From positions 1 through 38,055 of IMG/VR virus record IMGVR_UViG_3300046707_000142: a stretch of 38,055 nucleotides of DNA. One strand, written 5' to 3'. The DNA comes from a virus. Its lineage: Duplodnaviria > Caudoviricetes. The notes beneath the pieces were generated by a model, which was given only the letters and a program-made list of their open reading frames with translations, was not told where the DNA came from and did no database searches. Positions 1 to 8,609 of the stretch are shown here, in pieces. A program made the translations under genes and the position numbers. Position 1 is the first letter of the stretch. Each line of letters begins with the position of its first letter.

Positions 1-79
1 AGCCCCGCCATCAACCACCGGGTCGACGTCCGCTCATGACGGAGGCGGGGCACGCGAACACCTCTCGACAGGAGACGAC

Positions 80-1720
80 GTGACCTTCCCATTCGCACAG
101 CCCGCCGAGGCCGACCCGGTGCCGCTGATGTTCGCCCAGCCCGCCGAGGAGCCGCCGGCCACACCGCCGCCGGGCCTGCCCGCGTTCCTCCAACCCACCG
201 ACGAGCAGCCAACCATCCCCACTCCTGGGCCTCCGCCGACCGCCGCCGCCGTCGCACAACTGACCGGGCACGCTCCCACCGACGAACAGCAGGCAATCGT
301 CGAAGCGTTCACCACCGGAGGAAACCTCGTCGTCGAAGCCGGCGCCGGGGCCGGGAAGACCAGCACGCTGAAGATGGCCGCGGCCGTCGCAGGACGCCGT
401 CGCGGCACCTACATCGCGTTCAACCGCGCCATCGCCGACGACGCCCGCCGAGACTTCACCCCCTGGGTGAACTGCGCCACCGCGCACTCCCTTGCGTTCC
501 GGGCGATCGGTAACCAGTTCGGTCACCGTTTGAACGGCCCCAGGGTGCCCGCCCGGGAAACCGCGCGGATGCTCCACATCACCAAGACGTTGAAAACCCC
601 CGCCGACCGGATCCTCACCCCCTCCATGCAGGCCCGCATGATCTCCGACACCGTCACCCGCTTCTGCTACAGCGACGCCGCGACCATCGAGCCGTGGCAC
701 GTGCCGCGCGTCGCCGGCCTCGACGACCACGCCACCGTCACCATGCTCCGAGGCGAACTCCTGCCGTACGCCCGCCGCATGTGGGACGACCTCACCAGCC
801 CCGACGGGATCATGCGGTTCGCCCACGACCACTACCTGAAAATGTGGCAGCTGTCCGGCCCCGTGCTGCCCGCCGACTACGTGTTCCTCGACGAGGCCCA
901 GGACGCGAACCCGGTGATCTCCGCGATCGTCGACGCACAGACCCACGCGCAGCGGATCCTCGTCGGTGACCGCGCCCAGGCGATCTACGGGTGGCGGGGC
1001 GCCCGCGACGCCATGGCCACCTTCACCGCCGACACCCGGCTGCAGCTATCCCAGTCCTTCCGGTTCGGTCCCACGATCGCCGCCGAGGCCAACAAGTGGC
1101 TGAGCCTCCTCGACACCGGCCTCCGCCTCACCGGCTACGACCAGGTCACTTCGACGATCGGCCCCCTCGACGAACCGACCGCGGTCCTGTGCCGCGGCAA
1201 CTCCGAGACCGTACGGCAGGTCATGGCGGCGCTCGCCGCGGGGAAGCGAGCCGCGCTCGTCGGCGGCGGCCGCGAAGTCCGCCGGCTCGCCGAGGCCGCC
1301 GTCACCCTCAAGGCCGGCCGTGGCTGCAGCCACCCCGAGCTGTACGCGTTCAAGACCTGGGGTGAGCTGCAGGAGTACGTCGAACAGGACTCCGACGGCA
1401 GCGACCTGAAGACCTTCGTCAAGTTGGTCGACGAGTACGGGCCCGACGTGATCATCGACGTCATCGAGAACCTCGTTGTCGAGCAGCACGCCGACGTCAC
1501 CGTCTCCACCGTCCACAAGGCCAAAGGCCGCGAGTGGAGATCCGTGAAGATCGCCTCGGACTTCGCGCCTCCCGCCAAGCCCATCGACGGCGAGGAGGAC
1601 CAGGGCGTGCCCACCGAGGACGCCATGCTCGCCTACGTCGCCGTCACCCGCGCCCGCGAACACCTCGACCGCACCGGCCTCGCCTGGATCGACCACCACG
1701 CGGAGGCGAACCGTGGCTGA
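80..1720 (+). CDS. UvrD/Rep-like superfamily 1 DNA helicase
   Basis: Motifs AGAGAGKT, DEAQD, VGDRAQAIYGWRGA, QSFRF, STVHKAKGREW, YVAVTRAR; AGGAG before GTG. Confidence 0.93.
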   Translation: MTFPFAQPAEADPVPLMFAQPAEEPPATPPPGLPAFLQPTDEQPTIPTPGPPPTAAAVAQLTGHAPTDEQQAIVEAFTTGGNLVVEAGAGAGKTSTLKMAAAVAGRRRGTYIAFNRAIADDARRDFTPWVNCATAHSLAFRAIGNQFGHRLNGPRVPARETARMLHITKTLKTPADRILTPSMQARMISDTVTRFCYSDAATIEPWHVPRVAGLDDHATVTMLRGELLPYARRMWDDLTSPDGIMRFAHDHYLKMWQLSGPVLPADYVFLDEAQDANPVISAIVDAQTHAQRILVGDRAQAIYGWRGARDAMATFTADTRLQLSQSFRFGPTIAAEANKWLSLLDTGLRLTGYDQVTSTIGPLDEPTAVLCRGNSETVRQVMAALAAGKRAALVGGGREVRRLAEAAVTLKAGRGCSHPELYAFKTWGELQEYVEQDSDGSDLKTFVKLVDEYGPDVIIDVIENLVVEQHADVTVSTVHKAKGREWRSVKIASDFAPPAKPIDGEEDQGVPTEDAMLAYVAVTRAREHLDRTGLAWIDHHAEANRG

Positions 1721-1751
1721 CCAAATCACCCCGGAAATGGCGGCTGTCTGA
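1713..1751 (+). CDS. 12-aa mini-ORF MADQITPEMAAV (probable gene remnant)
   Basis: GGAGG upstream, GTG overlaps helicase end, TGA overlaps ATG of next gene. Confidence 0.4.
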   Translation: MADQITPEMAAV

Positions 1752-1999
1752 TGCCTGACCAGATTGAGACTCAGATGCATGACGCGATCGAGTCCGCCCT
1801 GTGGCAGGACCTTGCCGACGCGTTGACCCGACTGGAGGACCACGGACTCCTGCCGCTCCCTGACCACGGTGAGATCGATGCGGGGCCGATCATCCACGGC
1901 GGAGTGCGCAAGGGCGGCTACATGCTCCGCCGCAGCGACATGAGCGAGTCTCCCGCGTACTGCTGGACCGTCGTCTCGCGTGACTCCCGCGAGACCTGA
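1751..1999 (+). CDS. Hypothetical phage protein
   Basis: 82-aa ORF filling the gap, TGATG-coupled start. Confidence 0.65.
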   Translation: MPDQIETQMHDAIESALWQDLADALTRLEDHGLLPLPDHGEIDAGPIIHGGVRKGGYMLRRSDMSESPAYCWTVVSRDSRET

Positions 2000-2102
2000 G
2001 AGCCCCGAGGAGGGCAGCGACGATGCCCGGTGATCAGCTCACCACGTAACCGCACCGCCTGCATCCCCGTCCCCGACATACCGCGCACCGCAGGAGCTCC
2101 AC

Positions 2103-4685
2103 TTGAGCAACGACGCCGACGCCACCCCACCCGCGGACCTCACCGCCGCGGCCCTCGATCTCCACGACGTCGGCACCGTCGTCATCCCCGTACGGGGTGA
2201 CGGCACCAAGGCGCCCGCCGTGAACTGGCGGCCCATCTACCGGCAAGAACACCCACCCCCGAGCCGAGAACAGGTCGAGGACTGGGCAACCCGCCACCAC
2301 GGCATCGGCATCCTCACCGGCGCCGTATCCGGCCAGATGGAGATGTTCGAACTCGAAGGCCGCGCCGTCAACGCCGGCCTCCTGCCCGAGCTCCTCCAGC
2401 TCGCCAACGCCGCGGGCCTCGGCGAGCTCCTCCAGCAGCTGCTCACCGGCTACCTCGAACGCACCCCATCCGGCGGCATCCACATCCTCTACCGCGTCAC
2501 CGACGCAGCGGCCCGCCCCAACACCAAGCTCGCCTCCCGCCTGGCCTACGAAGACGAACTCACCGACGAAGAGCGTGCGGTCCGCGCCGAACAGCCCGGC
2601 AAGACCTTCCGCCGGGTGCTCCTGGAGACCCGCGGCGAAGGCGGGTTCGTCGTCGTCGCGCCATCCAACGGGCCCGTGCACAAGACCGGCCGCCCGTGGG
2701 AACTCCTCGCCGGCGGACCCGCGACCATCCCCGCCATCACCGGCGAGCAACGCGACGCCCTCTACGAGCTCGCGGCCGCGTTCGACCAGCTGCCCCCACC
2801 GCCCGAGCCGATCCGGTTCCTGCAGCCGTCCGACGACCGCGAGCACGCCGCCGGCGGGATCTCCCCAGGCGACGACTACGAGGCCCGTACGGACTGGGCG
2901 GACATCCTCGGCCCCGCCGGATGGACTCTCGTCTTCCACCGCGGCGCCACCCGCTACTGGCGGCGGCCCGGGAAACGTGACGGTGTATCCGCGACCACGG
3001 GTGCCCGCGACGACCGTGACCGGCTGTACGTCTTCACCACCTCAACGGAGTTCGACGCCGAGGTCCCCTACACGAAGTTCGGCGCGTACGCGCTCCTTCA
3101 GCACGGAGGAGACCACAGCGCAGCCGCCGCGGCACTCCACGCCGCCGGATACGGGCAACGTGCCCCCGAACCCTCCCGGCCCGTCCTCGGCCCCCAGCCG
3201 GTCCCCACCGGCCTCGGCGTCAACGGGAACCTCGCCACCGTCACCCAGCTCAACCCCGACCAGGCGCAGCCTCTCACCGTCGTCGAAGAACGCACCTACG
3301 AACGCTCCGACGACGGCGCCGCCCTGGCCCTCGTCGACCGCTTCGGCGACGTCATCCGCTACTGCCCCGACCGCGGCCGCTGGCTCTCCTGGGACGGCAC
3401 CCGCTGGCACTGGGAACCCAGCAGCGGCGGCCTCATCCGCGAGTACGCCAAACGCGTCGCACGGTCCCTCCCCGAAGGCCCCGACAAGCACGCCGAGAAC
3501 CACAAGAAACGCGCCCTGTCCGCCGTCGGCACATCCGCGATGCTCGCCCAGGCCGAGACCGACACCCGCGTCGTCGTCTCCATCGACGACCTCGACAACC
3601 ACCCCTGGCACCTGAACACCCCCGGCGGGATCGTCGACCTCCGCACCGGTGAACTCCTCCCCTCCGACCCCGCGCAGCTGCACACCCGCATCACCGCGTG
3701 CACCCCCGACCCCGACGCCGACCCCGCGCTGTGGGCCGGGTTCCTCGCCGCGACGTTCAACGCCGACGACACCCTCATCGCCTACCTCCAGCGGCTCGTC
3801 GGCTACAGCTCCACAGGCGCCGTCACCAAGCACGTCATGCCCTTCGCGTTCGGCTCCGGAGGCAACGGCAAGGGCGTCTTCCTGGAGTCGCTCACGAGCG
3901 TCCTGGGCGACTACGCGACCACCGCACCGAGCGGGTTCCTGATGGCCAAGTCGAACCCCTCCCACGAGACCGAGATCGCCCGGCTCGCCGGCGTCCGCAT
4001 GGTCATCTGCTCCGAGGTCGGCGAAGACGACAAGTTCGACGAGGTCCGTGTCAAGCAACTCACCGGCGGCGACAGCCTCACCGCCCGGTTTATGCGCGCC
4101 GACCACTTCACGTTCACCCCGACACACCACCTGTGGCTGATGGGCAACCACAAGCCCGCGGTGAAGTCCGGCGGCCGCGCGTTCTGGCGGCGCCTCCGCC
4201 TCATCCCGTTCGTGCACGAGGTCCCCAAGGACAAGATGATCGATGACCTCCAGGGGATCCTCGCACGCGACCACGGGCCCGCCATTCTCGCGTGGATAAT
4301 CCGTGGCGCCGTCGAATTCACAAAGGGTGGCTTGGATGAGCCGGAGTCCGTTAAGGCCGCCACTGACGAATACGAACACGACCAGGACAGCGTCGGGCAA
4401 TTCATTGAGGAGTTCTGTCACATCGGCGGAAACAAAGACTACGCCCGCACCCGCGTGTCCAAGGTCCGCGAGGAGTACGAACGCTGGTGCTTCACCGAGG
4501 GCGAGAACCCCGTGTCGGCCAAAGCCCTCACGACAGCCCTGGGACGCCGCGGCGTGGAGTCCACCAAGGGCGGCAAGGGCGTCCGCTTCTACGCCGGCCT
4601 GACGCTCCTGGTGCCCGACGAGCCGCCACCCCACGAGCCACCCGAGAGAGAAGCGCCACCCCCCGAGCAGCTGGGGTGGAGATGA
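2103..4685 (+). CDS. Bifunctional primase-polymerase fused to P4/D5-family SF3 helicase
   Basis: N-terminal Prim-Pol motifs (GIGILTG, TPSGGIH, ETRGEGGFVVVAPS), D5_N-like region, Walker A GSGGNGKG, KQLTGGD, FWRRL; AGGAG before TTG. Confidence 0.93.
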   Translation: MSNDADATPPADLTAAALDLHDVGTVVIPVRGDGTKAPAVNWRPIYRQEHPPPSREQVEDWATRHHGIGILTGAVSGQMEMFELEGRAVNAGLLPELLQLANAAGLGELLQQLLTGYLERTPSGGIHILYRVTDAAARPNTKLASRLAYEDELTDEERAVRAEQPGKTFRRVLLETRGEGGFVVVAPSNGPVHKTGRPWELLAGGPATIPAITGEQRDALYELAAAFDQLPPPPEPIRFLQPSDDREHAAGGISPGDDYEARTDWADILGPAGWTLVFHRGATRYWRRPGKRDGVSATTGARDDRDRLYVFTTSTEFDAEVPYTKFGAYALLQHGGDHSAAAAALHAAGYGQRAPEPSRPVLGPQPVPTGLGVNGNLATVTQLNPDQAQPLTVVEERTYERSDDGAALALVDRFGDVIRYCPDRGRWLSWDGTRWHWEPSSGGLIREYAKRVARSLPEGPDKHAENHKKRALSAVGTSAMLAQAETDTRVVVSIDDLDNHPWHLNTPGGIVDLRTGELLPSDPAQLHTRITACTPDPDADPALWAGFLAATFNADDTLIAYLQRLVGYSSTGAVTKHVMPFAFGSGGNGKGVFLESLTSVLGDYATTAPSGFLMAKSNPSHETEIARLAGVRMVICSEVGEDDKFDEVRVKQLTGGDSLTARFMRADHFTFTPTHHLWLMGNHKPAVKSGGRAFWRRLRLIPFVHEVPKDKMIDDLQGILARDHGPAILAWIIRGAVEFTKGGLDEPESVKAATDEYEHDQDSVGQFIEEFCHIGGNKDYARTRVSKVREEYERWCFTEGENPVSAKALTTALGRRGVESTKGGKGVRFYAGLTLLVPDEPPPHEPPEREAPPPEQLGWR

Positions 4686-5011
4686 ATCCGGTGCGGGGTG
4701 GCGGATCCCCGGGTGTCGGATGCGCCACCCGCCCCCTCCGTTGTCCACAAGCACGACACGCCACCCATGTGGCACGGATCGGGGGAGGAGTATCCGCCAC
4801 CCGGGCCACGATCACCGCAGATCATCGACATGGATATGCCACCACAACTGCCACCCTCAGTACCGTCAACGGAGCAGAGAAAACCGCCACCACGAAAAGT
4901 TATCCACAGGTAGTGGGTGGCGGGTGGCAGTTTTTCCCTAGTTATCGCCTATGCGCGCGCGCATACACATGCGCAACGTGCTCAACGGGAGCACGTGCCA
5001 CACCCGCCACC
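4625..5011. other. Putative phage replication origin (GCCACC iterons, two DnaA boxes)
   Basis: Over a dozen GCCACC/GGTGGC hexamers in both orientations; TTGTCCACA 4741-4749; TTATCCACA 4900-4908; directly after the primase-helicase. Confidence 0.65.
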
Positions 5012-5046
5012 CCGGCCGCAGCAGACCCAGCCGAGGCGGCCAGGCG

Positions 5047-5403
5047 ATGAACCTGCAGAACCCCGCCAGTTCCCTCCACGCCGCCATCGTCGGCTGCCCC
5101 CGCTGCCGCTGCCTGGTCATCCACGCCCTCGACGCCCCCGTCGCCGCGTTCGACGTTCGCCTCGACCCCGAACCCCTCACTGAAATTGGCGAGCTCACCG
5201 CGCTTCTATCCGGGCGAATGACGTACGACCTCATACCTGTGTGGGGCCACCACGAACTCGCCTATCGCGACCAATGGCGAATGCGGCATAGGAAACACCC
5301 GGTGCTAGCCACTCACCGATGCCCCGGCCGTATCCCCGCCACAACCCGAATTCAGCCCTCGACCACGAAAGGCGACCGCAATGACAAACGACCGCCGTTC
5401 TGA
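5047..5403 (+). CDS. Hypothetical phage protein with CxxC motif
   Basis: ATG at 5047; CPRCRC...HRC putative metal ligands; ends RPPF. Confidence 0.7.
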   Translation: MNLQNPASSLHAAIVGCPRCRCLVIHALDAPVAAFDVRLDPEPLTEIGELTALLSGRMTYDLIPVWGHHELAYRDQWRMRHRKHPVLATHRCPGRIPATTRIQPSTTKGDRNDKRPPF

Positions 5404-6274
5404 AGAAACACCGGCCGAGGCACTCGCCCGACTCGTCACCGAACTCGCCGACGAGATCCACACCACCGCCGAGGTCACCCGCTACCGTCGCGTCCGCCGC
5501 GGCCCCGACCGGATCATCGCCGTCATCGACCTCACCACCCACCACACCCGCGCGCCCGGCATCATTGACCAACTCCATGCCATCCAGGCCGCGGCCACGA
5601 CCGTCGCCGTCGACGTGTACCGCTGGGAACGCGACACCGACGATCCCTGCCCCCGCGACGGGCGGCTGTGCGCCCACGGCCGGTGGCTGTACGTCCGGAC
5701 CGAGCGCCGCCCCGCTGCGGCGTACGGCATCGTCACCGCCGGCAGCGCCGTACCCCAGGGCAGCCCCGGATGGGACGCCGACGGCGCGCTGTCCCCGACG
5801 CCCTCCGGCGGCTCGTTCGAGTCGCGGGAGCCGGCTGCGGCCGCCGCCATCGAGCTGTCCCTCGCCATCCGCGTCGGCGTCAACGAACTCCGTGAACAAC
5901 TCGGCGCGACGAGCCCCCAGCCGTCCACGAAGCGAGGCCTCCGCGAGCTCGTCGGCCTGGCCCTCGCTGCCGACGAGCACGACGCCTACCGCGCACTCGG
6001 CCGCGTCCGCTCCTGGGTGTCCACCGCGAAGATCGTGCTCGGCTACGAAGCGCCCATCGTCGCGCTCCGCGACATGTACTGCCGGTACTGCGGCGGGCAG
6101 CTCCTGGTGCGCACCGACGCCTCCAGCGCTGTCTGGTGCGACGGCTACGTGCCCATCCACGGGCCTGCCCGCGAAGATGAGCTCTGGCCGATCGCCTGGG
6201 AACGCTGTGACGCATCCTGGCCCCGGGGCTCCTGGGTCGCGCTCCTTGACGCGATGGAAGGCTTGAGCGCATGA
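5381..6274 (+). CDS. Hypothetical phage protein with C-terminal Zn-ribbon (possible regulator)
   Basis: 297 aa, GC3-rich codons, CRYCGG...WC...RC. Confidence 0.75.
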   Translation: MTNDRRSEETPAEALARLVTELADEIHTTAEVTRYRRVRRGPDRIIAVIDLTTHHTRAPGIIDQLHAIQAAATTVAVDVYRWERDTDDPCPRDGRLCAHGRWLYVRTERRPAAAYGIVTAGSAVPQGSPGWDADGALSPTPSGGSFESREPAAAAAIELSLAIRVGVNELREQLGATSPQPSTKRGLRELVGLALAADEHDAYRALGRVRSWVSTAKIVLGYEAPIVALRDMYCRYCGGQLLVRTDASSAVWCDGYVPIHGPAREDELWPIAWERCDASWPRGSWVALLDAMEGLSA

Positions 6275-6588
6275 GCGGCCTGCGAACCGAACTGCCTGAT
6301 CTGCCGTACGGCGACATCCAATTCACGGAGATCACCGACCCGAAAGACCCGCCGTTCCGGGTCCACATCGACCACGCCGACGGCAAGATCCTCATCAGCG
6401 CCGACATCCTCGACCGCATCCGACGAGAGGAGGCCCATTGGGTACGCCTCGATGGCGACGTCCTGACATTCCACGGGCACAATCGGGTCGTGAAGTACCT
6501 CCTCGGCAACGACGTACCCGAGCAGGGCGCCCGCGAGGCGACGCTTCAGGAGGACGACTTGCTGGAAGTCCAGAGTGGCCGCTCATGA
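6271..6588 (+). CDS. Hypothetical phage protein
   Basis: ATGA overlaps at both ends. Confidence 0.7.
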   Translation: MSGLRTELPDLPYGDIQFTEITDPKDPPFRVHIDHADGKILISADILDRIRREEAHWVRLDGDVLTFHGHNRVVKYLLGNDVPEQGAREATLQEDDLLEVQSGRS

Positions 6589-6914
6589 TCGCGCGACGCT
6601 GCGCGCACGCCCGCGCGGTACCTGTTGAGAGCGGAGGAGAGACCGTTGCCGCGCTCTGCCCGGACTGCGATCGGCAGCTCCCCGCCGCATGGCTCACCTG
6701 CCCCCACGACAATCCGATCGAGCTGCCCACGTTCGACGTCCCGCCGCCGTACGAGCAGCTCTGCAATGACTGCGGCGTCGCGTTCTGGCCAGTGCCGTCG
6801 CCCGGCAGGTGGGTGTTCGTCGAGTCGCTGGCCGATCCGACAGCACCGACAGCGGAAGAGATCGCGGCAGGGGTAGAGCTATCCGGGCCGATCTACGGCT
6901 TCGATGCCGGATGA
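6585..6914 (+). CDS. Cys-rich Zn-finger protein with C-terminal tail-tube-like segment
   Basis: ATGA-coupled; CAH, CPDC, CPH, CNDC; last ~35 aa align to N-terminus of 20209..20694. Confidence 0.7.
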   Translation: MIARRCAHARAVPVESGGETVAALCPDCDRQLPAAWLTCPHDNPIELPTFDVPPPYEQLCNDCGVAFWPVPSPGRWVFVESLADPTAPTAEEIAAGVELSGPIYGFDAG

Positions 6915-7138
6915 TCGGCGACGACTGCGACTGCGAGTTCGACTACCCCGACGACGAGGGCGGCCTGCGCTGGCAGTACCTGCGGACGTGCCAGCTGTGT
7001 GGGCAGGAGTGGGGCGCCCTGCACTGCCCGCATGACGGGGTTCAGAACCCGTGTCCGACCTGCGGGTGGATCGCGCCAGGAGCGCGGACCCCTCTGCAGT
7101 TTCTGGGCTTCGAGATGCCTCCCGATGCGGGACAATGA
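6911..7138 (+). CDS. Small Cys-rich (Zn-ribbon) protein
   Basis: ATGA-coupled; CDC, CQLC, HCPH, CPTC. Confidence 0.7.
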   Translation: MIGDDCDCEFDYPDDEGGLRWQYLRTCQLCGQEWGALHCPHDGVQNPCPTCGWIAPGARTPLQFLGFEMPPDAGQ

Positions 7139-7290
7139 TCGACATGTACCCGCGGCCCAATCCGATCTGGGACGGCGTACGCGACGACGCCCTCACCGCA
7201 CTCGAGGCCGCCGTCGCGGCCGGCTCCCACGTTGACCCTGACCGCCTCGCCCGCATTCTCGCCCAGGCGCCAGCGGCAGGTGAGGCTTGA
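7135..7290 (+). CDS. Hypothetical 51-aa protein
   Basis: ATGA overlap upstream, TTGA overlap downstream. Confidence 0.55.
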   Translation: MIDMYPRPNPIWDGVRDDALTALEAAVAAGSHVDPDRLARILAQAPAAGEA

Positions 7291-7487
7291 GCCGGGCGCC
7301 GATCCTCGTCGACGTCTCCGTGGCCGCCGAGTGGACCGGGCGCCCGGCCGGCACTCTCCGACGGTGGGTCCACGAGGGCCGCATCACCCGGCATGGGACG
7401 CCCCGCCGAATGCTCCTCGACCTCCGCGAACTACCCGAAAAAGCAACGCAACATAACGCACCGTCACAGAGGTGCTTGACGTCCTGA
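7287..7487 (+). CDS. Small MerR/excisionase-like HTH DNA-binding protein
   Basis: VDVSVAAEWTGRPAGTLRRWVHEGRI HTH pattern; last gene before late region. Confidence 0.75.
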   Translation: MSRAPILVDVSVAAEWTGRPAGTLRRWVHEGRITRHGTPRRMLLDLRELPEKATQHNAPSQRCLTS

Positions 7488-7505
7488 CCTGGACCGAACG
7501 ATAAT
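7476..7505 (+). promoter_or_regulatory. Sigma70/HrdB-like promoter (candidate late promoter)
   Basis: TTGACG 7476-7481, 18-bp spacer, GATAAT 7500-7505. Confidence 0.55.
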
Positions 7506-7534
7506 TGCCACCGGGCGAACTCTGCCCAGACACC

Positions 7535-7560
7535 GAAACCCGGCCCTCGCGCCGGGTTTC
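7535..7560 (+). terminator. Hairpin, probable intrinsic terminator
   Basis: GAAACCCGGC-CCTCGC-GCCGGGTTTC, perfect 10-bp stem. Confidence 0.65.
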
Positions 7561-7591
7561 CGCATGTCGGCCCTAGTTCATGCCCTCTTGC

Positions 7592-7644
7592 TTCCTGGCC
7601 TCAGCATTCGGGGAGGGGTGCTGAGGCCAGGAATCCCCTCCCCG
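7592..7644 (+). repeat. Overlapping inverted repeats (alternative RNA structures)
   Basis: 15-bp IR 7592-7606/7619-7633; loop 7609-7618 complementary to 7635-7644. Confidence 0.8.
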
Positions 7645-7714
7645 GGAAACCTCACCCTCAGCAACTGACCCGCTCACCCACATGGGTGTAGGCGGCCCGC
7701 CCGGGGAGCTCACC

Positions 7715-8434
7715 ATGTCCTGGACCATCCACCACGGCGACGCGCTCGCCGTCCTGCCCACCCTGCGCGCCGGCAGCATCGACGCCGTCATCGCCGACCC
7801 GCCGTACAACAGCGGTGGCCGCACCTCCAGCGAACGCCGCAACCAGACCACACGCGGCAAGTACGTCAGCGGCGACGCCAAGCACAACCTTGCGGACTTC
7901 GCGGGCGACAACCGCGACCAGCGCAGCTACATCACCTGGCTCGCCCTGATCCTTTCCCACAGCCTGTGCGCCTCAACGCCCGGCGCGAGTGCCCTGGTCT
8001 TCACCGACTGGCGCCAACTCCCGGCCACGAGCGACGCACTGCAGGCAGCCGGTTGGACCTGGCGCGGCATCGTCCCGTGGCGCAAGCCGATCGCCCGGCC
8101 ACAGCGCGACGGGTTCCGACGCGAATGCGAGTACGTGCTGTGGGGCAGCAACGGCCAGCCACTACGGCACGCTCAGCCGATCTATCTGCCCGGCTACCTC
8201 GAAGGCTCACAGCCGCGTGGCAGCGAACGGCAGCACATCACGCAGAAGCCAGTCGAGGTCACGCGACAGCTCGTCCAGATCTGCAAGGCGGGCGGTACCG
8301 TCCTCGATCCGTTCGCCGGATCCGGCACGACCGGTGTCGGCGCGCTCGCCGAGGGCCGGTCGTTCATCGGCATCGAGGAGACCGAACACTACGCGCAGGT
8401 CGCCCGTGAACGGATCGCCCAGGCCAGCACATGA
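7715..8434 (+). CDS. Orphan site-specific DNA methyltransferase (N4-C/N6-A, beta order)
   Basis: DPPY before DPFAGSGTT; HITQKP; GGAG before ATG 7715. Confidence 0.92.
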   Translation: MSWTIHHGDALAVLPTLRAGSIDAVIADPPYNSGGRTSSERRNQTTRGKYVSGDAKHNLADFAGDNRDQRSYITWLALILSHSLCASTPGASALVFTDWRQLPATSDALQAAGWTWRGIVPWRKPIARPQRDGFRRECEYVLWGSNGQPLRHAQPIYLPGYLEGSQPRGSERQHITQKPVEVTRQLVQICKAGGTVLDPFAGSGTTGVGALAEGRSFIGIEETEHYAQVARERIAQAST

Positions 8435-8484
8435 GCTTCACGCTACGTATTCGCCCTGACCGGCCCCCACATCGACCGCCATCC

Positions 8485-8570
8485 GTGTTTCCGCAGGTCA
8501 GGGCGAATCTTCAGGCGTTTCGGCACGTAGACCTCGGCCGCAGGTCATTTTTTTCGCGTACGGGTCTGGA
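8485..8570. other. Candidate packaging (cos-like) region
   Basis: Non-coding gap before HNH/terS/terL with CCGCAGGTCA direct repeat (8491, 8538) and a T7 run. Confidence 0.35.
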
Positions 8571-8609
8571 GCTCACGGTGTGTGATCCGGGGGTGCCGTG
8601 GGCCGGACG

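Noticed and set aside
1-39. 3' end of an upstream gene (TGA at 37-39)
   Set aside because: Too short to support a call
7592-7644. H-type pseudoknot or known riboswitch
   Set aside because: Only 1 nt would span a 15-bp stem, so both helices cannot coexist; no match to riboswitch consensus I recognise
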